64,000 nucleotides of DNA from an uncultured Merdimonas sp. (GTDB taxonomy: Bacteria; Bacillota; Clostridia; Lachnospirales; Lachnospiraceae), in contig CALWBB010000001.1 in assembly GCA_944375885.1 (NCBI GenBank), forward strand, positions 42,166 through 106,165. The letters run 5' to 3'. The position numbers and the translations under genes were made by a program. Under the pieces are notes generated by a model. That model ran no database searches, was not told where the DNA came from, and saw only the letters and a list, made by a program, of their open reading frames with translations. Position 1 is the stretch's first letter, and every line of letters starts with the position of its first letter. Of the stretch, positions 19,304 to 29,405 are shown piece by piece.

Positions 19304-20665
19304 ATGCTGTTTGAAAATGAAAATACAGAATTTAAATCCCGTATGTCTGAGGAAATCTATAAAGAAGTGATCGCATTTGCCAATACGGAGGGTGGCGTGA
19401 TTTATATTGGTATTGATGATCAGGGAAGGGTAATCGGGCTGGAGAACGCGGATGAAACATATACCCGGCTGACAAATGGGATACGCGATGCGATTCAGCC
19501 GGATGTCACAATATTTGTGCGCTATGTACTTCAGGAAAATAAAGTGCTCCGTGTCGAAGTGGGGGAAGGGAGCTGCAAGCCCTACTATCTGAAGTCAAAA
19601 GGGCTCAGGCCCAATGGGGTCTATGTGCGCCAGGGAGCGTCCAGTGCGCCTGCTTCGCCTGAATTGATCCGTCAGATGATTAAAGACTCAGATGGCGATA
19701 TTTTTGAGAATATGCGTTCGCTGCAGCAGAATTTGAGTTTTGATGAGGCAGAGAAGGCTTTTAAGCGGTATGGACAGGAATTCAATGAGGACAAGTTCAT
19801 TGCGCTGGGTATTCGGAAGCTCCAGGATGATCAGTATACGAACCTGGCGCTGCTGGTATCCGACCAATGCCGGCATACGATTAAAATTGCAGTATTTGCA
19901 GATGAGACACAGACGATATTCAAGGATGCAAAAGAGTTTGGAGGTTCTGTGTTCAGACAGCTGGAAGAGAGCTATTCCTATCTTTTGCTGTGCAACCGGA
20001 CGGCGTCTGTCTTTAAAGGGCTGGAGCGTATTGAAAAAAAGGATTACCCTGAGGAGGCATTGCGTGAAGCGCTGCTGAACGCAATCGTACACCGGGATTA
20101 CAGCTTCAGTGGCAGTATCATTATTAATATCAGTGATTCCGATATGGAATTTATTTCGATTGGGGGGCTGCTTCCAGGCCTGTCTGTAGAGGATATCCGA
20201 AGCGGTATTTCACAGCCGCGGAACCGCAGTCTGGCGGAAATCTTTCATAGGCTGCGGCTGATTGAGTCTTATGGAACTGGCATTCGGCGGATTTACAGAT
20301 TGTATGATGACTGTCCGAGGAAGCCGGAAATTCTGGTAACGCCAAATGTGTTTAAGCTGATTCTTCCAAACAGAAATTTTTCTATCCAGGAGCTGCAGCC
20401 AGAAGGGCAGGAGCCGCAGCAGAAAGCGGAAGAACAGGCTTTGCATATTACCCCACAGATGAAGACAGTTCTTGATTATCTTGCAGAATATGGGGAGATC
20501 CGCGATATGGAGCTGCAGGAGCTGCTGGGGGTAAAGCGTACCAGAGCTTATCTGGTAGCGCGGCAGATGATGGAAAAGGATCTGATCGAGTGCATCGGCA
20601 GAGGCGCGGACAGACGGTATTATCTGAAAACAGGAGCGTTGCAGAATAAAACACGAAAGGAATGA
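19304..20665 (+). CDS. AlbA_2 (Schlafen-like) + HATPase_c_4 + C-terminal winged HTH protein
   Basis: ENENTEFK, IAFANTEGG.IYIGIDD, YVRQGAS, REALLNAIVHRDYS, PRN..LAEIF.RL.LIESYGTGI; lower GC than neighbours. Confidence 0.88.
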   Translation: MLFENENTEFKSRMSEEIYKEVIAFANTEGGVIYIGIDDQGRVIGLENADETYTRLTNGIRDAIQPDVTIFVRYVLQENKVLRVEVGEGSCKPYYLKSKGLRPNGVYVRQGASSAPASPELIRQMIKDSDGDIFENMRSLQQNLSFDEAEKAFKRYGQEFNEDKFIALGIRKLQDDQYTNLALLVSDQCRHTIKIAVFADETQTIFKDAKEFGGSVFRQLEESYSYLLLCNRTASVFKGLERIEKKDYPEEALREALLNAIVHRDYSFSGSIIINISDSDMEFISIGGLLPGLSVEDIRSGISQPRNRSLAEIFHRLRLIESYGTGIRRIYRLYDDCPRKPEILVTPNVFKLILPNRNFSIQELQPEGQEPQQKAEEQALHITPQMKTVLDYLAEYGEIRDMELQELLGVKRTRAYLVARQMMEKDLIECIGRGADRRYYLKTGALQNKTRKE

Positions 20666-20669
20666 GACC

Positions 20670-22031
20670 ATGTACTACGTTCTCCTGTCCGGAGGATCCG
20701 GACGGCGGCTGTGGCCCCTCTCCAACGAGGCCCGGCCCAAGCAGTATCTGAAGCTTGTAAATAAAGAAGACAATTCCATGGAGCGCTGCTCCATGCTCCA
20801 GCGGGTCTGGGCCCAGCTCAAAAGCGCCGGCATGGCCGCGGACACCGTGATCACAGCGGGAGCGGATCAGACGGAGCTTATCAAAAGCCAGGTCCGGGAG
20901 GCCCGCATCGCGGTGGAGCCGGGGCGGCGGGACACCTTCGCGGCGGTCCTTTTAAGCTGCGCCTGGCTGCACAGTAAGGCCGGGGCCTCGGAGGATGATT
21001 ACGCGGCGGTGATGCCGGTGGACCCGTACACGGAAGCGGGCTATTTCGAAACGGTCAAAAGGCTGGAGGAGGTCATGAGAAAATCCGGCGCGGAGGCCGG
21101 TCTTATGGGCGTGGTTCCCTCCTATCCGGCGGTGAAATACGGCTACATCCTACCGGGAGAGCGCCATGAGGGCTGGATCTCTGTGAAGGGCTTCGCGGAA
21201 AAACCGGACGAGGAGAAGGCCCGCAGGCTGATGGAGAAGGGGGCGCTCTGGAACTGCGGCGTGTTCTGCGTCCGCATCGGCGCTATGCTGGAGAAGGCAG
21301 CCGCCTATGGCGTGCCCTCCGATTACGAAGGCCTCTGCGCCGCCTACGGCCGCCTGCCGAAGATCAGCTTCGATTACGAGGTGCTGGAAAAGGCGCAGCG
21401 GCTGGCGGCGGTGGAATTCCGGGGCTACTGGAAGGATCTGGGCACCTGGGACGCCATGGCGGAGCAGATGAGCACCGACTGCGTGGGCAACGCGGTGCTG
21501 GACGAAAGCTGCGACAACACGCAGGTCATCAACGAGCTGAAGGTGCCGGTGGCGGTGCTGGGCGCGCGGGATCTGGTGGTGGCGGTCTCCCAGGACGGCA
21601 TCCTGGTGGCGGACAAGAGCCAGAGCGCCCGGGTAAAGGAGGTGGCCGCAGCCTTCTCCTCCCGCCCCATGTTTGAGGAGCGGCGCTGGGGCACCTTGGA
21701 GACCCTGGACGCCTCCGAGTACCAGGGCCTGTCCACCCTGACCCGCAAGATCCACATTTACGACGGCATGACCTCCAGCTACCATTTCCATAAAAACCGG
21801 GATGAAATCTGGACGGTCTTAAGCGGCAGCGGCGAGCTGATTCTGGAGGGGACGAAGATCCCCCTAAGCCCGGGAAAGGCGGTCTGCATCCGCCGGGGCC
21901 AGAGGCACGCGGTCAAGGCCTTCCAGGATTTTGAATACATTGAGATCCATGTGGGCGAGAGCACGGGCAATGAGGACATCAACCGCATTACCTTCAACTG
22001 GGATGAGATTGAACTGAGCCATATTTTATAG
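20670..22031 (+). CDS. manC: Mannose-1-phosphate guanylyltransferase with C-terminal cupin
   Basis: [48 protein letters not shown] cupin. Confidence 0.9.
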   Translation: MYYVLLSGGSGRRLWPLSNEARPKQYLKLVNKEDNSMERCSMLQRVWAQLKSAGMAADTVITAGADQTELIKSQVREARIAVEPGRRDTFAAVLLSCAWLHSKAGASEDDYAAVMPVDPYTEAGYFETVKRLEEVMRKSGAEAGLMGVVPSYPAVKYGYILPGERHEGWISVKGFAEKPDEEKARRLMEKGALWNCGVFCVRIGAMLEKAAAYGVPSDYEGLCAAYGRLPKISFDYEVLEKAQRLAAVEFRGYWKDLGTWDAMAEQMSTDCVGNAVLDESCDNTQVINELKVPVAVLGARDLVVAVSQDGILVADKSQSARVKEVAAAFSSRPMFEERRWGTLETLDASEYQGLSTLTRKIHIYDGMTSSYHFHKNRDEIWTVLSGSGELILEGTKIPLSPGKAVCIRRGQRHAVKAFQDFEYIEIHVGESTGNEDINRITFNWDEIELSHIL

Positions 22032-22060
22032 ATTGGACAAAAGGAAAGGAACATACAGCT

Positions 22061-23128
22061 ATGAGCAAGACAGCTTTGATTACAGGTATCACAGGACAGG
22101 ACGGATCCTATCTGGCGGAATTTCTGCTGGAGAAGGGATATCAGGTCTACGGGCTTTTCCGCAGGGGATCCACGAACACGGCGGAGCGTATCGCCCATCT
22201 TCTGGAGGAGCGGGAGAAGCAGGGGGACGGCCTCCATCTGGTCTACGGGGACATGACGGATTCCATGAACCTGGTCCGCCTGATGCTGGAGATCCGTCCG
22301 GACGAGGTCTACAACCTGGCGGCCCAGTCCCATGTGGCCGTCTCCTTTGAGGAGCCGGAATACACGGCCAACGCGGACGGAATCGGGGTCTTGAGGATTC
22401 TGGAGGCAGTCCGCGTGGCGGGCCTTGGGAAGACCACGAGGATTTACCAGGCCTCCACCTCGGAGCTTTTCGGAAAGGTGGAGGAGATTCCCCAGAAGGA
22501 AACGACGCCCTTTCATCCCCGCTCCCCCTACGCGGTGGCGAAGCTCTACGGCTACTGGATCACCCGCCATTACCGGGAGGCCTACGGGATGTACGCGGTA
22601 AACGGCATCCTGTTCAACCACGAATCAGAGCGCCGCGGCGAGACCTTCGTGACCCGCAAAATCACGCTGGCGGCGGCGAACATCGCCGCCGGGCGGCAGG
22701 AAAAGCTGTACCTGGGAAACCTGAACGCGAAACGGGACTGGGGCTACGCCAGGGACTACGTGGAGTGCATGTGGCTGATGCTCCAGCACGATACGCCGGA
22801 GGACTTTGTGATCGCCACCGGAGAGACCCGGACCGTCCGGGAGTTTACGAAGGCGGCCTTCGCCCATGCGGGGATCCGGCTGCGCTTCGAGGGCGGGGGC
22901 CTGGAGGAAAAGGGAATCGACGAGGCCACAGGGCGCGTCCTGGTAGAGGTGTCGCCGGAATTCTTCCGCCCGGCGGAGGTGGATCTGCTGCTGGGCGACC
23001 CGTCGAAGGCCCGGGAGGTCCTGGGCTGGAATCCCCGGAAGACCTCCTTCGACAAGCTGGTCAGAATCATGGTGGAGCACGATATGGAGCTGGTGAAGGG
23101 GACCAGCGCGGCTGGCATATTAAAGTGA
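22061..23128 (+). CDS. gmd: GDP-mannose 4,6-dehydratase
   Basis: [60 protein letters not shown]. Confidence 0.97.
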   Translation: MSKTALITGITGQDGSYLAEFLLEKGYQVYGLFRRGSTNTAERIAHLLEEREKQGDGLHLVYGDMTDSMNLVRLMLEIRPDEVYNLAAQSHVAVSFEEPEYTANADGIGVLRILEAVRVAGLGKTTRIYQASTSELFGKVEEIPQKETTPFHPRSPYAVAKLYGYWITRHYREAYGMYAVNGILFNHESERRGETFVTRKITLAAANIAAGRQEKLYLGNLNAKRDWGYARDYVECMWLMLQHDTPEDFVIATGETRTVREFTKAAFAHAGIRLRFEGGGLEEKGIDEATGRVLVEVSPEFFRPAEVDLLLGDPSKAREVLGWNPRKTSFDKLVRIMVEHDMELVKGTSAAGILK

Positions 23129-23145
23129 GCGAGGAGTGGAGCAAG

Positions 23146-24168
23146 ATGAGTAAGGAAGAGAGAAAAGAAGCGTCTGTCCCGGAAGAAAGAGAGAGCTGTG
23201 AAAATTACACAGCCCCCCTGGATCGGAGCGGAAAAATATATGTGGCGGGCCACAGAGGGCTGGTGGGCTCCGCCCTGGTGCGCCGTCTGGAAAGGGACGG
23301 ATTTACCAATATCATCACCAGGACCCACGGGGAGCTTGACCTGACCCGGCAGGCGGACGTGGAAGCGTTTTTCGCCCAGGAGAAGCCGGACTACGTGATT
23401 CTGGCGGCGGCGAAGGTGGGCGGCATCTATGCCAACGACACTTACCCGGCGGATTTCATCATGAAGAACCTGCAGATCGAGTGCAACGTCATCGACGCGG
23501 CGTACAAAAACCAGGTGAAGAAACTTTTGTTCCTGGGAAGCTCCTGCATTTACCCCCGGGACTGCCCCCAGCCCATCAAGGAGGAATATCTGCTGTCCGG
23601 GTATCTGGAGAAGACGAACGAGGCCTACGCCCTGGCAAAGATAGCGGGGCTTAAGATGTGCGCCTTCTACAACCGGCAGTACGGAACCCATTATATCAGC
23701 GTCATGCCCTGCAATCTCTACGGCGTCAACGACAATTTCGCCCTGGAGAATTCCCATGTGCTGCCTGCCCTGATGCGGAAATTCCATGAGGCGAAGCTGA
23801 CAAACGCTCCCTCTGTGACGGTCTGGGGAAGCGGGACGCCCCTGCGGGAATTCCTGAACGTGGACGACCTGGCGGACGCCTGCCTGTACCTGCTCGACCA
23901 TTACGACGGCAATGATTTCTTTAATGTGGGATATGGAAAAGAAGTGACGATCCTGGAGCTGGCGCAGCTTATCAGGAAGGTGACGGGCTACGAGGGCGAG
24001 ATTGTGCTCGACCCCTCCAAGCCCGACGGGACGCCCCGGAAGCTTACGGATATCAGCCGTCTGAAGGCGGCCGGATGGGAGCCGAAGATTGACCTGGAGA
24101 CAGGGCTTAAGCAGACCTACGAGTGGTTCTGCGCCCGCTATGAGACGGGAGATTTCGCCCAGAGATAG
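23146..24168 (+). CDS. fcl: GDP-L-fucose synthase
   Basis: [61 protein letters not shown]. Start chosen after the gmd stop. Confidence 0.95.
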   Translation: MSKEERKEASVPEERESCENYTAPLDRSGKIYVAGHRGLVGSALVRRLERDGFTNIITRTHGELDLTRQADVEAFFAQEKPDYVILAAAKVGGIYANDTYPADFIMKNLQIECNVIDAAYKNQVKKLLFLGSSCIYPRDCPQPIKEEYLLSGYLEKTNEAYALAKIAGLKMCAFYNRQYGTHYISVMPCNLYGVNDNFALENSHVLPALMRKFHEAKLTNAPSVTVWGSGTPLREFLNVDDLADACLYLLDHYDGNDFFNVGYGKEVTILELAQLIRKVTGYEGEIVLDPSKPDGTPRKLTDISRLKAAGWEPKIDLETGLKQTYEWFCARYETGDFAQR

Positions 24169-24207
24169 AAGCGGAAAGCGCAGGAGCCTCCCCGGCAGGA
24201 TACGGCC

Positions 24208-25146
24208 ATGCCGGGGAGGAGAACCGGAAAAGACAGAGAAGAAGCAGGAGGGATGACGGAAGTGACAGCAGGAAGCCTGCCGGGGGAGCCGGCTGTGCTG
24301 CGGCCAGAAAGCCTGCCGGGGGAGCCGGCTGTGCTGCAGCCCATACGAAAGGAATATATCTGGGGCACGGAGGACTGGATGCTCTCCTGGCTGCACGAGG
24401 GCCTGGAGGCCTGCCCCCTTCTCATCAAGATTATCCGCGCCCGGGAGGCCCTGTCCGTCCAGGTTCACCCGGACAACGCCTTCGCCCGGGAAGCGGAGCA
24501 CAAAAGCGGAAAGACCGAGATGTGGTATGTGCTGGACTGCGAGCCCGGCGCATACCTTTATTATGGGCTGAAGCACCGGATTACAGAGGAGGAATTCCGC
24601 AAACGCATTCGGAACCAGTCGATTCTGGAGATCTGCCGCCGGGTCCCGGTGAAAAAAGGCGACGTCTTCTATATCCCGGCCGGGGTCCTGCACGCCATCG
24701 GGGCAGGCATCACGGTGGCGGAGATCCAGCAGAGCTCCGACGTGACCTACCGGGTCTATGACTACAACCGGGAAAACGCCCGGCACGAGAGGCGGGAGCT
24801 TCACATCGACAAGGCGGCCCTGGTGACCGGCTTCATGCCGCCCCTGGCGGGCCATCATCCCATGGGGCCCCGGGTGCAGAAAAATGGTTATTCCAGAACT
24901 TTATTAGTGCAATGTTCCTATTTTGTGGTACAATTATACGAGATAGAAGAAAATCTGGAAGGGAATACCCGGGAAAGCTTTCTCTCCCTGCTGATTCTGG
25001 AGGGGGAGGGGACGTTCGCGGGAGGCGGGAAGCGCTTCCGGCTCTGTGCCGGCATGAGCCTCTGGCTCCCCCGGGGGATGGATTCCTTTCAGATAGAAGG
25101 ACACATCAGAATGCTCGCGTCCGCGCCGGGCATGACAGAAACATAA
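24208..25146 (+). CDS. manA: Class I mannose-6-phosphate isomerase (compact form)
   Basis: YIWG, PLLIK, LSVQVHPD, GKTEMWY, IPAGVLHAIG, EIQQSSDVTYRVYDY. Start codon uncertain. Confidence 0.88.
   Translation: MPGRRTGKDREEAGGMTEVTAGSLPGEPAVLRPESLPGEPAVLQPIRKEYIWGTEDWMLSWLHEGLEACPLLIKIIRAREALSVQVHPDNAFAREAEHKSGKTEMWYVLDCEPGAYLYYGLKHRITEEEFRKRIRNQSILEICRRVPVKKGDVFYIPAGVLHAIGAGITVAEIQQSSDVTYRVYDYNRENARHERRELHIDKAALVTGFMPPLAGHHPMGPRVQKNGYSRTLLVQCSYFVVQLYEIEENLEGNTRESFLSLLILEGEGTFAGGGKRFRLCAGMSLWLPRGMDSFQIEGHIRMLASAPGMTET
24274..24337 (+). repeat. 36-bp-period tandem duplication inside the manA 5' end
   Basis: AGCCTGCCGGGGGAGCCGGCTGTGCTGC at 24274 and 24310 (SLPGEPAVL twice). Confidence 0.9.
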
Positions 25147-25163
25147 AAGTGAGGTACCCGAAT

Positions 25164-26657
25164 ATGAATCTCAAATTTGGAACAGGGGGCTTACGGGCCA
25201 CCATGGGGCCGGGCCCCGATCATCTGAATCTGGAAACCATTCAGGAGGCTACGCTGGGCGTGGCGGCCTACGCGAAGGGGCAGAGCGAAGCTCCCAGCGC
25301 GGCCATCGCCTATGACAGCCGGAACCATTCGGAGGAATTTGCGCGGGAAGCGGCCCGCGTGCTGGCGCTCAAGGGCGTGAAGGCGTACATTTTTCCGAAG
25401 CTGTCGCCGACGCCGGTTCTCTCCTTCGCGGTGCGCCATTTAAAATGCACGGTGGGCATCTGCGTGACGGCCAGCCACAATCCCCGGGAGTACAACGGCT
25501 ACAAGGTGTACGGCTCTGACGGCTGTCAGGTGACCAGCAAGGCTGCCGACAGCATCCAAAAGGCTATCTGGGCGGCGAATCCGGCGGAAGCTGCCGATAC
25601 CAGGAGCTTTGAGGCTTTTGTGGAGGGTGGAGACATCGTCTTCATCGACGACAAGACCCTGAAGGCCTTCCTGGCCGCCATCATCCGCAGGCGGACGAAG
25701 AAAAAGCTGGAGTCCGATCTGAAGGTAGTGTATACGCCCCTTTACGGCGCGGGCTTAAGTCTTGTGACCAGCATTCTGAAATACATCGGCGTGCAGAATC
25801 TGCAGATTGTCACGGAGCAGGCGAAGCCCAACGGCGACTTCCCCACCTGCCCCTATCCGAACCCGGAGGATCCGAAGGCTCTGGAGCTTGGCATCGAGTG
25901 GTGCAAAAAGACAGACGCCGATATCCTGATTGCCACAGATCCGGACAGCGACCGGCTGGGCGTGGTGGCGAAGAAGGATGGAGAGTACCGCCGCCTGAAC
26001 GGCAACCAGGTGGGCATCCTCCTTCTGGATTACATTCTGAAGAGCCGGAAGGCTGCAGGCACCCTGCCGGAGCGCCCGGTGGTGGTCAGCACCATCGTAA
26101 GCACCGCCATGACGGATAAGATCGCGGAGCATTACGGCGTGGAGGTCATCCGCACCCTGACCGGCTTTAAGTGGATCGGCGGAGCTGTGGGCCGCCTGGA
26201 GCAGGAGGGCGGCGCGGACCGTTTCGTCTACGGCTTCGAGGAAAGCTGCGGCTATATGATTGGAAGCTACGTCCGGGATAAGGACGCCATCGGCGCGGCT
26301 ATGATCCTCTGCGAGCTGGCTGATACCTGCAAGGCGGAAGGGAAGACCCTCTGGGATTACCTGGAGGAGCTGTACCAAACTTACGGCCGCTATGAGACAG
26401 GGCTTAAGACCTATCAGTTCGACGGCGAGGAGGCCAGCCTTCGCATGAAGCGTATCCGCGAGGGCTTAAAGAGCCCGGAGGGCATGAAGTTCGCCGGTTC
26501 AAAGGTGGTCCGGTATAAAGACTACCTGGACGGCGCGGACGGAATTCCGGCCTCGGATGTGCTGGCGCTCTGGATGGAGGATGGCTCCCAGGCGCAGATC
26601 CGGCCCTCTGGAACGGAGCCGAAGATCAAGGTGTATACCGAGAGAGTGACAGAATAA
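25164..26657 (+). CDS. Phosphoglucomutase/phosphomannomutase
   Basis: FGTGGLR, TASHNP catalytic Ser, DPDSDR metal loop, FEES, RPSGTEPKIK. GAGG RBS before MNLKF. Confidence 0.92.
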   Translation: MNLKFGTGGLRATMGPGPDHLNLETIQEATLGVAAYAKGQSEAPSAAIAYDSRNHSEEFAREAARVLALKGVKAYIFPKLSPTPVLSFAVRHLKCTVGICVTASHNPREYNGYKVYGSDGCQVTSKAADSIQKAIWAANPAEAADTRSFEAFVEGGDIVFIDDKTLKAFLAAIIRRRTKKKLESDLKVVYTPLYGAGLSLVTSILKYIGVQNLQIVTEQAKPNGDFPTCPYPNPEDPKALELGIEWCKKTDADILIATDPDSDRLGVVAKKDGEYRRLNGNQVGILLLDYILKSRKAAGTLPERPVVVSTIVSTAMTDKIAEHYGVEVIRTLTGFKWIGGAVGRLEQEGGADRFVYGFEESCGYMIGSYVRDKDAIGAAMILCELADTCKAEGKTLWDYLEELYQTYGRYETGLKTYQFDGEEASLRMKRIREGLKSPEGMKFAGSKVVRYKDYLDGADGIPASDVLALWMEDGSQAQIRPSGTEPKIKVYTERVTE

Positions 26658-26676
26658 AAAGAACTTTTTGCACAGA

Positions 26677-26719
26677 AAGGGTGCCGCTTACGCCTGCAGC
26701 AGACGTAAGCGGCACCCTT
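26677..26719. terminator. Bidirectional terminator hairpin
   Basis: AAGGGTGCCGCTTACG / CGTAAGCGGCACCCTT between convergent genes. Confidence 0.8.
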
Positions 26720-26726
26720 AATAAAA

Positions 26727-27767
26727 TCACATGGGCTGCAGTGCGCGCTTCCTTGGAGGCGCGCAGCTTTCTCTTATGGACAGATAAAAAGGCATGGTAA
26801 TCCGCATGGGAAGGGAGTGGCCGCCCTGGATCCGGTCGATGAGGATTTTGGCGGCTGTCTTTCCCATCTCGTCGAGAGGTACATGGACGGTGGTAAGCAT
26901 GGGCGACAGGTACTGTGCCATGTCGATGTCGTCGATGCCGATGATAGAGACGTCTTCGGGGATTCTAAGGCCGCTCTCCTGAAGGGCACGCATAGCGCCG
27001 ATGGCAGTCAGATCGTTGGGGCAGAAGACAGCGGTCATGCTTCTGGTGCGTTCCAGCAAAGCCTTTGTCCCGGAGTATCCGCCTTCGGAGGACAGGATGA
27101 CGTTGGACACATATTCGCTGCGCAGCGGAAGGCCGTGCTTCTGCAGGGCGGCAGTGTAGCCAAGGTAGCGCTCCTCGTCCACAGTTTCCCCGACGTACGC
27201 GATTTCCCTGTGCCCCAGGCTGACTAAATATTCGACGGCGGCCTCGCTGGCCGCAAGGCCCTCGCAGAGCACCTGATCGTATTTGGCGTTCAGCGAATTC
27301 AGTCCGGTATAAATGACATAATTAAAATATTTTTTCAGGAAACTTAAAAGCTGTTTGTTGCACCGGCCCAGGACAGCCACCCCGTCCACCTGATTGTTGG
27401 CTATCAGATGGAAGGTGCTGGGGTGCTGGATGTCGATGGAAGTAAAAGAATACTTCAAAATATAATTCTGCTTAAAGGCTTCCTTCTCTATGCTGCGGGC
27501 AAGCTGGGAGAAGAAGGGGTCTGTGATCGCTTCCGGCGTCCTGGCGAAAAGACAGGCGATAGAATGCGAAGGCTCGGAAGACAATTCCGCCGCGCCGTTC
27601 TTTAAATTCCGCGCGCTGGAGTTGGGAGTATATCCGGTGCGCCGGACGATTTCCCAGATGCGGTCCTGCACTTCTTTGCTTGCGGCGCTGGAATTATTCT
27701 GGTTAATGACCCTGGAAACAGTCGAAATGGAGACGCCGGCTTCCTGGGCGATTTCTCTCAATGTCAT
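26727..27767 (-). CDS. LacI family transcriptional regulator
   Basis: MTLREIAQEAGVSISTVSRVIN HTH, YTPNSSARNL hinge, PEDVSIIGIDD, PMLTTV. Confidence 0.95.
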   Translation of the reverse strand: MTLREIAQEAGVSISTVSRVINQNNSSAASKEVQDRIWEIVRRTGYTPNSSARNLKNGAAELSSEPSHSIACLFARTPEAITDPFFSQLARSIEKEAFKQNYILKYSFTSIDIQHPSTFHLIANNQVDGVAVLGRCNKQLLSFLKKYFNYVIYTGLNSLNAKYDQVLCEGLAASEAAVEYLVSLGHREIAYVGETVDEERYLGYTAALQKHGLPLRSEYVSNVILSSEGGYSGTKALLERTRSMTAVFCPNDLTAIGAMRALQESGLRIPEDVSIIGIDDIDMAQYLSPMLTTVHVPLDEMGKTAAKILIDRIQGGHSLPMRITMPFYLSIRESCAPPRKRALQPM

Positions 27768-27810
27768 AGATTTTCCCTCATACCATACAAATAATAAACT
27801 TCTTACCTTT

Positions 27811-27839
27811 ATCATAGTGAATAGAGGCAGACTTGTCAA
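27811..27839 (-). promoter_or_regulatory. Sigma-A promoter of the LacI gene
   Basis: Reverse strand TTGACA-17 nt-TATGAT. Confidence 0.7.
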
Positions 27840-27910
27840 CGAGCATTCTTCAGTTTGCGTTGGCTGATTTTTTGGAAAATGGCTTAAATACGGGATATTT
27901 CAGCGGAAAA

Positions 27911-28068
27911 TAATACAAACGTTTGTGTAAAATTTTGCACAAAACAGTAAAAAAGTAAAAAATCAAAGATATGCACAGTTAAAAATAGTAAAATACACCT
28001 AAAAATAGCATTTTACACAAACGTTTGCGTAAAATTGAGTTGAAAATTTGATATTCATGCCATATAAT
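27911..28068 (+). promoter_or_regulatory. Two LacI-type operators and the promoter of the catabolic operon
   Basis: TAATACAAACGTTTGTGTAAAA (27911) and TTTTACACAAACGTTTGCGTAAAA (28011), both CG-centred palindromes; TTGAAA(28040)-17 nt-TATAAT(28063). Confidence 0.75.
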
Positions 28069-28131
28069 AAGTTTACCAGCTAAGGGGTAACATATTAAAA
28101 CACACAAAAACTATTGGATGGAGGTAAAAGT

Positions 28132-29280
28132 ATGAAAAAGAGAAAATGGATCACATTGTTGCTGGCTGCAGTTATGGTTCTGAACATGGCTGCGTGCGGC
28201 GGTTCCGGGGAAGAAGCTTCCACGGAAGACGCGGACAGCGCTCCTGCCACGGAAACCACAGAAGATGGAGAGACGGCTGAGGCTGCTGATGACACGGTAT
28301 GGGATATTAAAGTGAGCGGACACCCGTATCTGCATGCGATGGCAAGCCAGTACGCGATTGACCAGGGATATTTTAAGTGCGAGGATCCTATCGTTGATAT
28401 GTATTCCGGCGGACCGGTGCAGAATGAGGCGATTGCTTCCGGCGCATGGGATGTAGGAACCACCGGTTCCGGCGGTATCGCCCTGGGAGCAGTTGGATAC
28501 AACCTGAAGGCGATTGCCTTTACGATTCCGGATGAGAACACAGTAGACCTGTGGGTACGCGCGGACAGCCCCATCGCGCAGCTGGAGCCGGATGAGAATG
28601 GAATCTACGGAACAGCAGACGACTGGAGAGGAAAGACCATCATCTGTAATACAGGAAGCTCCTGCCACATGATGTTCCTGGCGTTCCTTGAGTATCTTGG
28701 ATTGAGCGAGAGCGACGTAAACCTTATCGATACTACAGTAGCGGATTCCTACGCGGCATTTAAGGCAGGCACCGGCGACGCAGTTGCCCTGTGGTCACCG
28801 TTTGGATTCCAGGCAGAGGAAGAGACAGACTGGGTAAAGGTAGCCTCCGCTGTACAGCTCGGACTGAACCAGCCCTGCGTAGTAGTAGCCACCGAGGACG
28901 CGATTGAGAATAACTGGGACGGCGTATACGCTTACCTGAAAGCTTACATCCAGGCAGGAAACGATCTGACGGCAGACCCGGAGATGGCTGCGCAGATGCT
29001 CTATGATTTTGAAGAGGAGCAGGGCATCAGCATGAGCGAGAGCGCTGCACAGAAGGATATTGAGAACCGTCCGTTCCGCACCGTAGAGGAGCAGATTGAG
29101 CTGTTCACAGTCCGTGAGGACGGCGGCTGCGAGGCAAACGACATTCTGATGCAGTTCGCACAGTATCTGGCAAACCAGGGCAAGATCACCGAGGAAGACA
29201 TGGCCAGACTGCAGGAAGAGGGCATGGTTGACACCAGCTTCATGGAAGCCTATGTAGAAGAGATGGGTGCGGCCCAGTAA
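28132..29280 (+). CDS. NitT/TauT-family ABC substrate-binding lipoprotein
   Basis: Lipobox MAAC, SGGPVQNEAIASGAWDVG, DWRGKTI, GDAVALWSPF; followed by TauC/TauB-like genes. Confidence 0.85.
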   Translation: MKKRKWITLLLAAVMVLNMAACGGSGEEASTEDADSAPATETTEDGETAEAADDTVWDIKVSGHPYLHAMASQYAIDQGYFKCEDPIVDMYSGGPVQNEAIASGAWDVGTTGSGGIALGAVGYNLKAIAFTIPDENTVDLWVRADSPIAQLEPDENGIYGTADDWRGKTIICNTGSSCHMMFLAFLEYLGLSESDVNLIDTTVADSYAAFKAGTGDAVALWSPFGFQAEEETDWVKVASAVQLGLNQPCVVVATEDAIENNWDGVYAYLKAYIQAGNDLTADPEMAAQMLYDFEEEQGISMSESAAQKDIENRPFRTVEEQIELFTVREDGGCEANDILMQFAQYLANQGKITEEDMARLQEEGMVDTSFMEAYVEEMGAAQ

Positions 29281-29314
29281 CCTTTAAAAAGTAAATAAGT
29301 AAAAGATACCTTCC

Positions 29315-29373
29315 GGGGGAGGGCCAGATGACTAACTTTAGATAGGCAACTATGGAGGCTCTCCCCCCTTTTT
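29315..29373 (+). terminator. Hairpin after the SBP gene (attenuator or mRNA stabiliser)
   Basis: GGGGGAGGGCC ... GGCTCTCCCCCC followed by a T run; large loop. Confidence 0.45.
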
Positions 29374-29405
29374 ATATTTACCTATGCTTATAACGGAGTG
29401 ATTTT

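Noticed and set aside
22756-24858. 700-aa antisense ORF over gmd/fcl/manA, and similar long shadow ORFs (9658-10872, 41117-42124, 42377-43636, 45024-46187)
   Set aside because: They lie opposite well-conserved genes in GC-rich DNA and have no recognisable motifs; this is the expected stop-codon avoidance on the antisense strand.
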